A stretch of DNA of 64,000 nucleotides from an uncultured Clostridia bacterium (GTDB lineage: Bacteria > Bacillota > Clostridia > TANB77 > CAG-508), in contig CANDKR010000005.1 in NCBI GenBank assembly GCA_947385375.1, positions 41,907 through 105,906 on the forward strand. Direction: 5' to 3'. Of this stretch, positions 30,357 to 41,441 are shown in pieces. The notes below the pieces were generated by a model that was not told the origin of the DNA, did no database searches, and saw only the letters and a program-made list of their open reading frames with translations. Every line of letters begins with the position of its first letter. Within the stretch, counting starts at the first letter, position 1. The position numbers and the translations under genes were made by a program.

Positions 30357-31697
30357 ATGAGAAGATTTTTACAAGATAATTTAAAAACAGCAATAATAAT
30401 AGTTTTATTTTTACTTATGCTTATAACTGGATATTATGCTTATGTTCTTAGAGAACAGTATATTAATACAAGACTTAATACGTATAATGAGGCTTTTTCA
30501 AATTTAGTAAATTATGTGAATAATGTTGAAAATTACTTAGCAAAGGCGATGATTTCAAAAACTCCTGAGTATTCGGCAGATACATTAGTACAGATTTGGA
30601 GAGATTCAAACCTTGCAAGTGCATATCTATCACAAATTCCTTTAACAAATGACGCACTTATGCAGACTTCAAAATTTTTAAATCAAGTAAGTGATTATTC
30701 TTATACGATTTCAAAGAAGAATATAAGACAAGAGGAGCTAACTCCAGAAGATTTTGAAAATTTAGAAACTTTTCATAGATTTGCTTTAGATTTAGAAAAT
30801 ACTTTAAACACTTTAGCAAACGAATTAAATAATCAGTTTTGGAATTGGGAAAATATTGCACCAACCAATCAGTTTGCACAAGCAGTAGCAAATATTGATA
30901 TGTTTGAAAATATAGACAGTAACTTAAATGAATATGAAGGACTAATTTATGATGGCGCATATTCTGATCATGTAGAGAAAATTGAGAAGAAAGGTCTTAC
31001 GGGTGAGGACATTACAGAAGATAAGGCAGAAAAAATTGCAAGAGAAGTTTTTGTAGGTAAAATAATAAATGTAAATCGAAATGGACTTATAAAAAATGCA
31101 CAAATCCCATATTATGATTTTTCTATTAATTATTCAGAAGACAGAAGTGCAAATATTGCAATATCTAAGAAAGGCGGACATATAATTTATGCTTCTTTAG
31201 ATAGAATGGTCGAAGAAAATAAACTTTCTCAAGAAGAAGCAAATGAAAAAGGAAAGGAATTCTTAGAAGCACACGAATTTACTAATATGAAAGAAACATA
31301 TTATATGAAAGAAGAAAATATTGTTACAATAAATTATGCTTACGAACAAGATGGAGTTATAATGTATCCTGATTTAATAAAAGTAAAAGTTGCTTTAGAC
31401 GACGGAGAAATTCTTGGCATTGAGACAACTGGATACTTAAATTCTCATACTGAACGAGAGCTTGTAAGTGAAGAAATATCAATAGAAGAAGCTCGTGAGA
31501 ATATTAATGAAAATTTAGAAATTACGTCAGAGAGAAAAGCAGTTATTCCGACAAAATGGAAAAGTGAAATTTTATGTTATGAATTTCAAGGCAAAGTAAA
31601 TGATAAAGAATTTTTAGTATATATAAATGTGGAAACAGGTAAGGAAGAAGATATACTTGTTATCTTAAATACTCCGGGCGGAACACTAACCACATAA
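30357..31697 (+). CDS. YpeB-like sporulation/germination protein (N-terminal TM, C-terminal PepSY-like repeats)
   Basis: 446 aa; N-terminal TM helix, long coiled region, C-terminal repeated beta-rich modules as in YpeB family. Confidence 0.5.
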   Translation: MRRFLQDNLKTAIIIVLFLLMLITGYYAYVLREQYINTRLNTYNEAFSNLVNYVNNVENYLAKAMISKTPEYSADTLVQIWRDSNLASAYLSQIPLTNDALMQTSKFLNQVSDYSYTISKKNIRQEELTPEDFENLETFHRFALDLENTLNTLANELNNQFWNWENIAPTNQFAQAVANIDMFENIDSNLNEYEGLIYDGAYSDHVEKIEKKGLTGEDITEDKAEKIAREVFVGKIINVNRNGLIKNAQIPYYDFSINYSEDRSANIAISKKGGHIIYASLDRMVEENKLSQEEANEKGKEFLEAHEFTNMKETYYMKEENIVTINYAYEQDGVIMYPDLIKVKVALDDGEILGIETTGYLNSHTERELVSEEISIEEARENINENLEITSERKAVIPTKWKSEILCYEFQGKVNDKEFLVYINVETGKEEDILVILNTPGGTLTT

Positions 31698-31836
31698 TTT
31701 AAACAAGGACTTGCAAACCTTAGGGAAATGGTATATTATATTGGTAGCAAAAACTAGAAATTTGAATAAATTATAGTAAGTTTATTCACAGATGTTTACC
31801 ACCTGTGGATAACTATACATATAAAGGAGAGAAACG

Positions 31837-32616
31837 GTGCAAATAAAAATAAAAGACTGGAACATAAATTACGAAGTTTATGGCGAAGGCATACCAGTGA
31901 TTTTTTTACATGGCTGGCTTACAGATTTAGAGACTATGAGACCAATGGCAGATGCTTTAAAAGATAAATTTAAAGTTTATTTGATTGATGTTGTCGGCTT
32001 TGGTAAAAGTGATTTACCAGAACAGCCATTAACTAGCAACGATTTTGGAGATTTTTTAGCAGAGTTAGTAGAGAAGTTAGAAGTTAAAAATCCTATTTTA
32101 ATTGGACATTCAAATGGTGGAAGAATTATTATAAATGCAGTCGGAAGAGGGCTTGTAAATCCTAGAAAAGTTGTACTTATTGATAGTGCAGGGATAGTTC
32201 CAAAACATAGTATGAGTTATTATACTAAAATTGGTTTTGTAAAATGTGGAAAATTTGCTTTAAACTTATTACCAAATGTTTCGGCTATTAAAGGCTTTAA
32301 AGAGAAAATTTTAAACTCAGTTGGTTCAAGTGATTATAAGGCTTCACCAGTCGTTTTAAAAGAGACTATGAAGATAATACTAGGTGAAGATGTAAAACAT
32401 TTGCTTCCAAATATAAAAGCACCAACACTTTTGATATGGGGAACAAATGATGACGCAACACCACTTTCAGATGCACTTACAATGGAAAAACTTATTCCAG
32501 ATGCAGGACTTGTAAAATATGTTGGTGGTAGTCATTTTGCATATTTAGAAAATATTCAAAATGTTAATGCAGTACTTAATGAATTTTTCAAAAATGATAT
32601 ACAAGTTGAAAAATAG
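31837..32616 (+). CDS. alpha/beta-fold hydrolase
   Basis: 259 aa; nucleophile elbow IGHSNGG, HGW N-terminal motif; GTG start after AAGGAGAG RBS; a DnaA-box-like TTATCCACA lies 35 nt upstream. Confidence 0.7.
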   Translation: MQIKIKDWNINYEVYGEGIPVIFLHGWLTDLETMRPMADALKDKFKVYLIDVVGFGKSDLPEQPLTSNDFGDFLAELVEKLEVKNPILIGHSNGGRIIINAVGRGLVNPRKVVLIDSAGIVPKHSMSYYTKIGFVKCGKFALNLLPNVSAIKGFKEKILNSVGSSDYKASPVVLKETMKIILGEDVKHLLPNIKAPTLLIWGTNDDATPLSDALTMEKLIPDAGLVKYVGGSHFAYLENIQNVNAVLNEFFKNDIQVEK

Positions 32617-32649
32617 TTACAATTAAGTATAGGAAGGAAATGATAAATA

Positions 32650-34233
32650 ATGATAAGAATAAATATAAGAATTGTGATTTTTGCGTTAAAATATTTATTT
32701 TTGCCCAATTTACTTTTTGCAATATATTTTTATAAGAAAAACCGTCATGGCTTACATATATTACAGCTAGAAAATTATTACAATGATAGATATTTAGCTT
32801 GGATGAAAAACAATTTAAAAACAGTTTTTGATGTAAAGGCAATTGGACTTCTTATAATTCCAATGGTTGTTATGTATTTATTTAATTTTAGGTTAGGATT
32901 TTGGCTTAATATTATTGCTTATTTAACACTTATATTTACATCAAAAAGACCTAAAGAAAAAAAGCCATTTGTGGCTACATCAAGAATTAATAGAATGGCA
33001 GTTACTTATGCTATAATAATCTTAGCAATATGCTATATCTCAATGCTTTATGGGATTTATATAGCTAACATATGTGCAATTTTTGCTTATGTATTTGTAT
33101 ATATTGTAAACTTAATAAATAGACCAGTAGAGAAGGCTATAAGAGCAGGTTTTTGTAGGAAAGCCACTAAGAATTTAGAGAGTATAAAAGGTTTAGAAGT
33201 AGTTGGCATAACAGGAAGTTATGGCAAAACTAGTACAAAACATATTGTAAATACAATACTTTCACAAAAGTATAATACTTTAATGACACCAGAGAGCTAT
33301 AATACAACAATGGGAGTTGTAAGAACAGTTAATGAAAAGCTTTCAAGAACAGATAATCTATTTGTTTGTGAAATGGGAGCAAAATATGTAGGAGATATTA
33401 AAGAAATTTGTGATATAGTTCATCCTACGTATGGAATAGTTACAGCAATTGGTGAGCAACATTTAGAGACTTTTAAAAGTTTAGATAATATTAGAAAAAC
33501 AAAATTAGAGCTTGTAGATAGTTTGCCAGAAGATAAAGGCATTGCCTTTGTAAACTGGGAAGATGAGAATATTAGAAATTCAAAAATAACTAAAAATATG
33601 GTTAAATACGGGCTTAGTAAAGAGGCAGATTATTATGCTACAAATATTGAAATAACTGAAAGAGGTTCAAATTTTGATGTAGTTATTCCAGGAAAAGAAC
33701 CTATTTCTATAAAAACAAAACTACTTGGAAACTTGAACATATTAAATATAGTAGGAGCAGTTGCAGTAGCAGATAAACTTGGCTTAACAGAAGAACAAAT
33801 TAAAACTGGTGCAAAATACATAAAACCAGTTACACATAGATTGGAATTAAAACCAAATCCAAATGGTAGCATAATCATTGATGACGCATATAATTCAAAT
33901 ATTAGAGGCGCAAAAATGGCTCTTGAAGTGCTTAAAAACTTCAAAAACAGAAAAAGAATTTTAATAACACCGGGTATTGTAGACTTAGGAGATAAAGCTT
34001 TTGAGATAAATAAAGAGCTTGGAAAAGCAGCTGCTAGCTCTTGTGATTTTGCAATACTTGTTGGTAATAAGCCAGCAGAGCCAATATATGCAGGACTAAA
34101 AGAAGAAAAATATGCAGAGGAAAAAATATTTATTGCTAAAGATTTAGAAGAGGCTTTGGTAAAAATGAATCAAATTATGGATTCTACTAGTGTTATACTA
34201 TTAGAAAATGATTTACCAGATAATTACCTATAA
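32650..34233 (+). CDS. Mur ligase family protein (MurF-like UDP-MurNAc-tripeptide--D-Ala-D-Ala ligase) with about 150-aa N-terminal polytopic membrane extension
   Basis: 527 aa; P-loop GITGSYGKTSTK, Mur ligase middle and C-terminal domains (DDAYNSN); 4 N-terminal TM helices. Confidence 0.75.
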   Translation: MIRINIRIVIFALKYLFLPNLLFAIYFYKKNRHGLHILQLENYYNDRYLAWMKNNLKTVFDVKAIGLLIIPMVVMYLFNFRLGFWLNIIAYLTLIFTSKRPKEKKPFVATSRINRMAVTYAIIILAICYISMLYGIYIANICAIFAYVFVYIVNLINRPVEKAIRAGFCRKATKNLESIKGLEVVGITGSYGKTSTKHIVNTILSQKYNTLMTPESYNTTMGVVRTVNEKLSRTDNLFVCEMGAKYVGDIKEICDIVHPTYGIVTAIGEQHLETFKSLDNIRKTKLELVDSLPEDKGIAFVNWEDENIRNSKITKNMVKYGLSKEADYYATNIEITERGSNFDVVIPGKEPISIKTKLLGNLNILNIVGAVAVADKLGLTEEQIKTGAKYIKPVTHRLELKPNPNGSIIIDDAYNSNIRGAKMALEVLKNFKNRKRILITPGIVDLGDKAFEINKELGKAAASSCDFAILVGNKPAEPIYAGLKEEKYAEEKIFIAKDLEEALVKMNQIMDSTSVILLENDLPDNYL

Positions 34234-34268
34234 AATAAGCGGACATAATGAAAAGGGAGGAATAGAAA

Positions 34269-35516
34269 ATGATAAAAGTTGGAGTGTTTTTTGGTGGAAA
34301 ATCAGTGGAACACGAAGTGTCAGTAATTACAATGCACCAAGCTATAGATAGCTTAAATCCTGAAAAATATGAGGTAGTACCTATATATATTGCTAAAGAC
34401 GGTATAATGTATACAGGTGATGATTTATTAGATTTATATTCTTTCAGAGATATGGATGTATTATTAAAAAGATGTTATAAAGTAGCAGTAGTAAAGACAG
34501 AGAAAGAAGTGCAAGTTGTAAGATGTCCAGCAACACTATTTGGAAAAAATGTCATAAATACTATTGATGTTGCTTTTCCAATAGTACATGGAACTAACTG
34601 TGAAGATGGTACTTTAGCAGGATTTTTAAACTTATTAGATTTACCTTATGTAGGACCAGATATTATGGGGTCAAGTGTTGGTATGGATAAGATTATGCAA
34701 AAGAAAGTCCTAAGAGGAAGTGGACTTCCGGTTGTGGATTTTGTAGATTTCTATGCAATGGATTACATAAAAGATGAAGAAAAAATCTTGAAGGATATAG
34801 AAGAAAAATTAGAATATCCAGTTATTGTAAAACCAGGTAACTTAGGCTCTAGCGTAGGAATCAAGAAAGCAGATAATAAAGCAGAACTTGAAGAAGCTAT
34901 TGATTTTGCTATGGAATTTGCTGATAGAGTAATTATTGAGCAGGCAGTTACAGATTTAAAAGAAATTAATTGTGCAGTAATAGGAAATCTATCAGATAGC
35001 GAGACATCTATTTGTGAAGAGCCAATCTTCTCAGATGAAATCTTAAGTTATGCAGATAAATATATAGGAGATGGAAAGACTAAAGGTGGAACAATAGGTG
35101 GTGGAAAGGCTGGAGCAGTTAAAACAGCAGGAATGAAGTCAGGTGGTAAGACATCAGGAAGTTCTGATGGAAATTTTGCAAATAAGAAAATACCAGCTGA
35201 TATCAGTAAAGAAAAATCAGAAGAAATTCAAGAATTAACTAAGGCAGCATTTAAAACTTTAGGTTGTAGTGGTTTTTCAAGGGTAGACTTTTTAATGGAT
35301 AATAAAACTGGTAAAGTATATATAAATGAGATAAATACAATACCTGGAGCACTTTCATTCTATTTATGGGAAGCAAGTGGAAAATCTTTTGAAGAAAAAT
35401 TAGATCAAGCAATTGATATAGCACTTAAGAGATATCGTGAGAGACAAAGTTTAACTTTCTCTTATGATCAAAATATTTTAGCAATGCAAGGCGGAGTAAA
35501 AGGAAGCAAAAAATAA
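34269..35516 (+). CDS. ddl: D-alanine--D-alanine ligase with a 40-aa Gly/Lys-rich insertion
   Basis: 415 aa; ATP-grasp motifs (EYPVIVKPGNLGSSVGI, SRVDFLMD, YINEINTIPG); insertion GDGKTKGGTIGGGKAGAVKTAGMKSGGKTSGSSDGNFANKK near residues 265-305. Confidence 0.85.
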   Translation: MIKVGVFFGGKSVEHEVSVITMHQAIDSLNPEKYEVVPIYIAKDGIMYTGDDLLDLYSFRDMDVLLKRCYKVAVVKTEKEVQVVRCPATLFGKNVINTIDVAFPIVHGTNCEDGTLAGFLNLLDLPYVGPDIMGSSVGMDKIMQKKVLRGSGLPVVDFVDFYAMDYIKDEEKILKDIEEKLEYPVIVKPGNLGSSVGIKKADNKAELEEAIDFAMEFADRVIIEQAVTDLKEINCAVIGNLSDSETSICEEPIFSDEILSYADKYIGDGKTKGGTIGGGKAGAVKTAGMKSGGKTSGSSDGNFANKKIPADISKEKSEEIQELTKAAFKTLGCSGFSRVDFLMDNKTGKVYINEINTIPGALSFYLWEASGKSFEEKLDQAIDIALKRYRERQSLTFSYDQNILAMQGGVKGSKK

Positions 35517-36073
35517 TGAAAAGTTATGAAGAAGTATATAAAGTAGTAAAAAATGGATTATCAGCTAGTAGGTTCAAACATTCTGAAAATGTTATGGATA
35601 GATGTGTGGAATTTGCAAAACTTTATGATGAAGATGTGGAAAAAGCAAAACTAGTTGGTATCGCACATGATATAGCTAAAGAATTCCCTAAGGAAAAAAG
35701 AGTAAGAACAGCAGAGCAAGACGGTGTAAAATTAACAGAGTTTGAAAAAAATCATTTGTCTTTAATACATGCAAAACACGGAGCAATTATATGTGAGAAA
35801 GACTTTGGCTTTTCAGAAGATATGTGTGACGCCATAAGTTTTCATTCTACTGCAAAAGCAGGAATGTCAAAACTTGCTAAGATTTTATATCTAGCAGATT
35901 TTTGTGAAAAGGATAGACCTTTTGTAGAGGCTGAAAAAGCTTATGAAAAGGGAAAAGAAAATTTAGATGAAGCATATTTATATGCACTAAGCGAAAATAT
36001 AAAGTTTATGATAGAAGATAGAAACCAGATTGATATTGCTTCTATCGAGGCTTATAATGATATGTTAAAATAG
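35516..36073 (+). CDS. yqeK: HD-domain hydrolase, YqeK family
   Basis: 185 aa; HxxRV...GIAHDIAK...HSTAKA motifs characteristic of YqeK. Confidence 0.65.
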   Translation: MKSYEEVYKVVKNGLSASRFKHSENVMDRCVEFAKLYDEDVEKAKLVGIAHDIAKEFPKEKRVRTAEQDGVKLTEFEKNHLSLIHAKHGAIICEKDFGFSEDMCDAISFHSTAKAGMSKLAKILYLADFCEKDRPFVEAEKAYEKGKENLDEAYLYALSENIKFMIEDRNQIDIASIEAYNDMLK

Positions 36074-36206
36074 ATACATAATGAAGTACGGGAAAGCCTT
36101 TTTTCCGTACTATTTTTTTGTAAAAAAATCTTGAATTTTACTTCACAAATTTTTATGAACGTGATATAATCAATTTGAATTTTTATAAAGTTCGGAGGAT
36201 GTTTAA

Positions 36207-37088
36207 ATGATTTTTAAAGACTACTACAAAATATTGAATTTAGAAACTAATAGAGTAAGTATAAATGAAATAAAAATCGCTTACAGAGAACAAGCAAAGA
36301 AGTATCACCCAGATGTTAATGTAGGAAACAAAAATTGTGAAGAACGATTTAAAGATATAAATGAAGCTTATAAGGTTTTATCAGAACCAACTAGTAAGAA
36401 AAGGTATGACAGAATATGGAATAGAAATATAGGAAATAAGAATTCTACATATAAATATACACCAAAGGGCGATTTTTTTACTATCTTTTTCGGAAATCTA
36501 GAGGAAGAAAAAAAAGACAAAGTAAATACTAAAATAGCAGCAAAAGGTGAAAATGTAGAGACAGAGATTAGCTTAAGACTAGAAGAAGCCTTTAGAGGTG
36601 CTAAAAAAAGCATATCACTTCGTACAGTAGATGGAACTTTAAAAACTATAAACATAGATGTCCCACAAGGAATTAGACCTAATGAAAAGATAAGAATTAT
36701 GGGACAAGGTAAGCCAGGTAAAAATGGTGGTAAAAATGGGGATTTACTAATAAAAGTTAAAATAAAAGATGATGAAGAGTTTTCTTTAGAAGGATATAAT
36801 ATTAGAAAGTTATTATACTTATCACCTTGGGAAGCAGCACTAGGAACTAAAATAAAGATAAGTGGCATTAATGAAGATATTTCAGTATATATACCAGCAG
36901 GCATTTGTTCAGGCGAAATTATTAGTATAGAAGACAAAGGTTACAAAGATGGTAAGGGTGGAAGAGGCAGTCTTATATTGGAAGCAAGAATACTAATGCC
37001 GAAAGAGTTTACGGAAAAAGAGAAAGAGCTATTTTCAGAACTTAAAAAAATTTCCAAATTTAATGCAAGAAAAGTTAACATAAATTAA
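36207..37088 (+). CDS. DnaJ-class co-chaperone without zinc finger (CbpA-like J-domain protein)
   Basis: J domain with KKYHPD motif, Gly-rich linker, two C-terminal DnaJ beta-domains. Confidence 0.75.
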   Translation: MIFKDYYKILNLETNRVSINEIKIAYREQAKKYHPDVNVGNKNCEERFKDINEAYKVLSEPTSKKRYDRIWNRNIGNKNSTYKYTPKGDFFTIFFGNLEEEKKDKVNTKIAAKGENVETEISLRLEEAFRGAKKSISLRTVDGTLKTINIDVPQGIRPNEKIRIMGQGKPGKNGGKNGDLLIKVKIKDDEEFSLEGYNIRKLLYLSPWEAALGTKIKISGINEDISVYIPAGICSGEIISIEDKGYKDGKGGRGSLILEARILMPKEFTEKEKELFSELKKISKFNARKVNIN

Positions 37089-37191
37089 AAATATTGTTGA
37101 CATATAATGTGCGATACGATATAATAGCTAAGTGAAATCATACGAAAGACGTACATTTTGAAATAATGTATAAAGGGGTGTATTAAAACTA

Positions 37192-37728
37192 ATGGAAGAA
37201 GAAAACAATTTACAAGGAAAATTTTTCAGTATAACGGAACCACAAGGTACAAGCACCGTTATCTATCAAGTAAATAGAACTGAGAAAGAATATTTAAAAA
37301 CTTCTCCTAAATATACAGTTGAAAGACTTGGCTTTTCAGAGGAATTTGTTGGGAAGAATAAAAAGAAGACATTTTTTGTCGAAAACCCAGCACCCGAAGG
37401 AAATCCTTTAGTCATTCTTTCTTTTGCTAAAGAAAGAGTTGTTGTTAATATGGGGTTTTTAGATTATGATACTGTAAAAATATCTAGAAAACCAATTCCT
37501 ATAAAATGCAGTTCAATTTATAATGAGGAAGAAACTGAGTTTAAGGAATTTGAATATACACCAAATATGAAAAGACCAATTTCTATAATTGATCCAGAAA
37601 CAACAGAAGAAATTAAACCAACATTATATTTTGATGATGAAACAAATGAAGTAAAGGGAAAGTGTAAACTGAAACCTAATAAACAATATTTTGCATTTGA
37701 GGTTGCAGACAGAAAGAAAAAAGGGTAA
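37192..37728 (+). CDS. hypothetical protein (178 aa)
   Basis: ORF with RBS; no recognisable motif. Confidence 0.45.
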   Translation: MEEENNLQGKFFSITEPQGTSTVIYQVNRTEKEYLKTSPKYTVERLGFSEEFVGKNKKKTFFVENPAPEGNPLVILSFAKERVVVNMGFLDYDTVKISRKPIPIKCSSIYNEEETEFKEFEYTPNMKRPISIIDPETTEEIKPTLYFDDETNEVKGKCKLKPNKQYFAFEVADRKKKG

Positions 37729-37740
37729 AAACGAGGAGGA

Positions 37741-38124
37741 TTGGCAATGAGTGCTACTAATTCTGATAATTCAGAAATGAAAGTAATAAGAGTAAAACCA
37801 GAAGAAATACAGTCATATCTAGATGGTATTGGTTGCAAGAATTTAACGGTTTCAGGAACATTCTGCAAAGTACTAGATGAAAGAGAACAAAACTTAGATA
37901 CTTATGCAGGAGGTAGTTCCGATAATGGTTCAGATACAGGTGCTACTGATGCTTCTACATCATCAGCTTCTGGAGCAAATAAGGCAAATATCGAGTTCGG
38001 AGATGCAAATATTGCATTTATAATGGATTTATTACAACCAGATAGATTACAAGAACTAAAACTTGTAGATCCAACAAAGAAGAAAGAAACAAGAACTCAA
38101 CCATCAAAGGACGAGCGTGAATAA
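37741..38124 (+). CDS. hypothetical protein (127 aa) with Ser/Gly/Asp-rich central segment
   Basis: AGGAGG RBS; no recognisable motif. Confidence 0.45.
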   Translation: MAMSATNSDNSEMKVIRVKPEEIQSYLDGIGCKNLTVSGTFCKVLDEREQNLDTYAGGSSDNGSDTGATDASTSSASGANKANIEFGDANIAFIMDLLQPDRLQELKLVDPTKKKETRTQPSKDERE

Positions 38125-38165
38125 AATATGTGCTTTATATTTACAGAGGAAAAAGGTGATTTGAT

Positions 38166-40233
38166 ATGAGTTTTATGGAAAAATTAAAAAGTGCATTAAA
38201 AAGAATAAAAGGCAAACTAATAGTAGCTGCAATTTTGGTGCTAATAATTCTGTTTTGGGCAGTTGCACCATTTACTGTAGCTATTAAATCTGCTTATGTT
38301 CCCGTGATAGACGAAGAAACACAAGAATTTGTTGTAGATGAAAATGGAATGGTAAAAGAGCAGTTTGATTGGGATAAATTTTTTACAGAACTATTAGGTG
38401 TTGATACAATGGGAGAACAAACAGAGCTTGGATGTGGCTTGAGGAATCCATTTGCAGCAGTAGCTAAATGTTTTACTGATTATTTTAATGCATATATGTA
38501 TACTTGTAAATGGTTTATACTATTTTATGCAGGTTTTGTGTTAGTAGGAATAATTAAAGCATTTCCAAAACATGAATTTGAAAACATTGAAAATGGTTCA
38601 AGTGATTGGAGTGAAAACGGAGAACAATACCAAGTATTAAGTAGAAATAAAGGTATTATCTTAGCAGAGAAGAACTACTTACCAACAGATAAACGTGGTA
38701 ACGTAAACGTACTTGTTGTACGGAGGTTCTGGTGCTGGTAAATCAGCTTCTTACGTTATTCCAAATGCTACACAGCTTTTAGGTTCTTATGTATTCACAG
38801 ACCCTAAAGGAGAACTATATGATAAAACAGCAGGTTTCTTTAAAGCCAAAGGTTATGACATAAAAGTATTAAACTTAGTAAAACCACAAAACAGTGATGG
38901 TTACAACCCATTACATCATATAAATAATGAAATTGACGTTGACGTTATTGCAAATACAATTGTTAAGGGTCAAGGTGATGGAAAAGCACAAGATCCATTC
39001 TGGGATGATATGTCAGAAATGCTATTAAAAGCTTTGATTTATTATCTAAAGGCAGTTAGACCACCAGAGGAGCAAAACTTGGCTAGCTGTTCAGAACTTA
39101 TTAGAGCAGCAAATAACAACAATGGAGACAACTTACTTACAAATTTAATTAATCAATTACCTTATGACCACCCAGCAAGAATGTTTTATAAATCTATTGA
39201 ATTAGCTCCTGAAAAGACATTTAGTTCTATCTTGAGTTCATTACAATCAAAACTAGGTAAATTCGATTCAAGAGAGATTGCAGAAGTTACTTCAACAGAT
39301 ACAATAGATTTTACAAAAATAGGTAGCCAAAAAACAGCAGTGTATGTTATATCTTCAGATACACATACAGCATATGACTTCTTACTTACAATATTCTTCT
39401 CACAAATGATTCAACAGTTATATGATTTTGCTGATGCAAATGGCGGAGCGCTTCCAGTTCCTACATACTTCATACTAGACGAGTTTGCAAACATTGGTCA
39501 AATACCTGATTTTGATAAGAAAATATCAACTTCAAGAAGTAGAAAGATTTCATTTAGTGTTATCTTACAGAACTTAGACCAATTAGAAGCAGTTTATAAA
39601 GAAGCTTATGAAACAATTATCGGTAACTGTGATACTCACCTTTTCTTAGGTTCTAACTCACAAAAAACAGTTGAGTATTTCTCTAAAGCACTTGGTGAGA
39701 AAACAATTACAAGAGATAGCGTTTCAGTAAATAAAGATAGAGAAGACTGGAAACAAGGTAAGAGTGAGTCTGACCAAGTTATGGGTAGAGCTCTTATGAC
39801 GCCAGATGAGCTTCGTAGAATGGATACAGATCAATGTATTATTTACGAAAAAGGTATTAAGCCAGTTAAAGCTAATAAATACTACTACTTTAAATATCCA
39901 ATTGGAAAGAGTATAACAAAGTTTAAAGTAGACCATAATGATGTCGAAATTGAGAGAGGACCTTGGAGAAAATACAATCCATATAATCCTTATCAAGAAG
40001 GCGACGAGAACTCTGGTAAAGGTGGAGGTGCACAACAATCATTGGAATCATTAGACGAACTATTTTCTGATATAGATAATGCAGATGACAAACACCAAAC
40101 ACCACTTGAAGTAAATCAGCCAACAGCTGAAGAAGCAGCAAAGGCAGAGGAAAAACGTCAAGAAGAATTATCAGATATCCAAAAAGAATTAGAAGCAAAA
40201 TTTGATGAATTATTCGGTTCAATAGAACCATAA
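38166..40233 (+). pseudogene. VirD4/TraG/TraD-family type IV coupling protein (2 N-terminal TM + ATPase + TraG-D_C region), frameshifted inside the Walker A motif
   Basis: ORF1 ends NVNVLVVRRFWCW*; ORF2 begins GGSGAGKSAS; deleting C at 38721 (GTA[C]GGAGGT) gives LVVGGSGAGKS; downstream DEFANIGQIPDF and RSRKISFSVILQNLDQL motifs typical of T4CP. Confidence 0.7.
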
Positions 40234-40370
40234 ATAAAATCCCATAGAAATATGGGATTTTTAAATTATACGTATAACGAACAAACTTTCTTTGACGACG
40301 TTGACTTTTGAGGGAAATTGTGATAAAATCTAGGCACAAATAGCGCAGATAAAAGAAGGAAGTAGAAATA

Positions 40371-41441
40371 ATGAATTTTGTACATATAGCAGATATGCAC
40401 TTTGATGCTCCTTTTACAAGCCTTAGTAGCTTAGAAAATATGGGAGATATCAGAAGATTAGAGCAAAGAAAAATCTTCAAAAAAGTGATTGATTTTATAA
40501 AAGAAAATGAAATTGGATATTTATTTATCTCAGGTGATTTATATGAAAATGAGTATGTTAGATTATCAACTATTGAGTATATAAATAATTTATTTAAAGA
40601 AATTCCAAATACTAAAATTTTCATATCACCTGGAAATCACGACCCATATATGAAAGGCACTTATTATGATACTTTTAAATTTGCAGATAATGTTCATATT
40701 TTTAAAGGCGGAATTGAAAGAGTAGAAACAGAGGATGCCAATATTTATGGTATGGGCTTCAATTCGTTTAGTATGTCAAATTCAGAAATTTCACAATTTA
40801 TTTTACCTATATCATATAAACCAAATGTATTTGTGGTTCATTGCGATTTAAATGGCGGTAGAGACAAAAATGGAATAGAGTATAACCCAGTTACTGAAGC
40901 AAGATTAAAACTCTTTAATTTTGATTATATTGCGATGGGGCATATACATAAAACAAATTATAGAAATGATAAAAATATTATTTATCCAGGTTCACCAATC
41001 TCTTTTGGTTTTGACGAACTTGGTGAGCATGGAATGGTAGTAGGAGAGCTTGAAAAAGGCAGATTACAAACGGCTTTCATAAAACTAGATGAGAGAGAGT
41101 TTGTAGAATTTGAGCTTAATATAGAAGGTGTTTTATCTAAAGAGGATTTAGTAGAACAGATTTCGGCGCTTGAATTAGAAGAGAACAAAATGTATAAGAT
41201 TATACTTGTAGGAAGTAGAAATTTCGAGATAGATACTAGAGAAATACTAAGATTAGTTAGTTTAAAAAATGTATTAAAAATAAAAGATGAGACTTTTATA
41301 AATTATGATTTAGAGGCTATTGCTAAGGAAAATAATATAAAAGGTATATTTGTTAGAGAAGCTATGCAAATGTTAGAAAAAGGAAAGTACAGCGAAGAAG
41401 AAATTATGAAAGCAATTGAAATAGGATTAGAGGTAATGTAA
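40371..41441 (+). CDS. SbcD/Mre11-like metallophosphoesterase nuclease (YhaO-like)
   Basis: 356 aa; motifs HIADMHFD, GDLYE, GNHD, GHIH. Confidence 0.8.
   Translation: MNFVHIADMHFDAPFTSLSSLENMGDIRRLEQRKIFKKVIDFIKENEIGYLFISGDLYENEYVRLSTIEYINNLFKEIPNTKIFISPGNHDPYMKGTYYDTFKFADNVHIFKGGIERVETEDANIYGMGFNSFSMSNSEISQFILPISYKPNVFVVHCDLNGGRDKNGIEYNPVTEARLKLFNFDYIAMGHIHKTNYRNDKNIIYPGSPISFGFDELGEHGMVVGELEKGRLQTAFIKLDEREFVEFELNIEGVLSKEDLVEQISALELEENKMYKIILVGSRNFEIDTREILRLVSLKNVLKIKDETFINYDLEAIAKENNIKGIFVREAMQMLEKGKYSEEEIMKAIEIGLEVM

Noticed and set aside
31698-31836. DnaA box TTATCCACA (reverse complement at about 31802-31812) as a possible replication origin
   Set aside because: It is a single box with no cluster and no AT-rich unwinding element, and dnaA/dnaN are not in the window. 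A single 9-mer match is expected by chance.
36368-36937. 189-aa minus-strand ORF
   Set aside because: It is antisense to the DnaJ-like gene and its translation is low-complexity.
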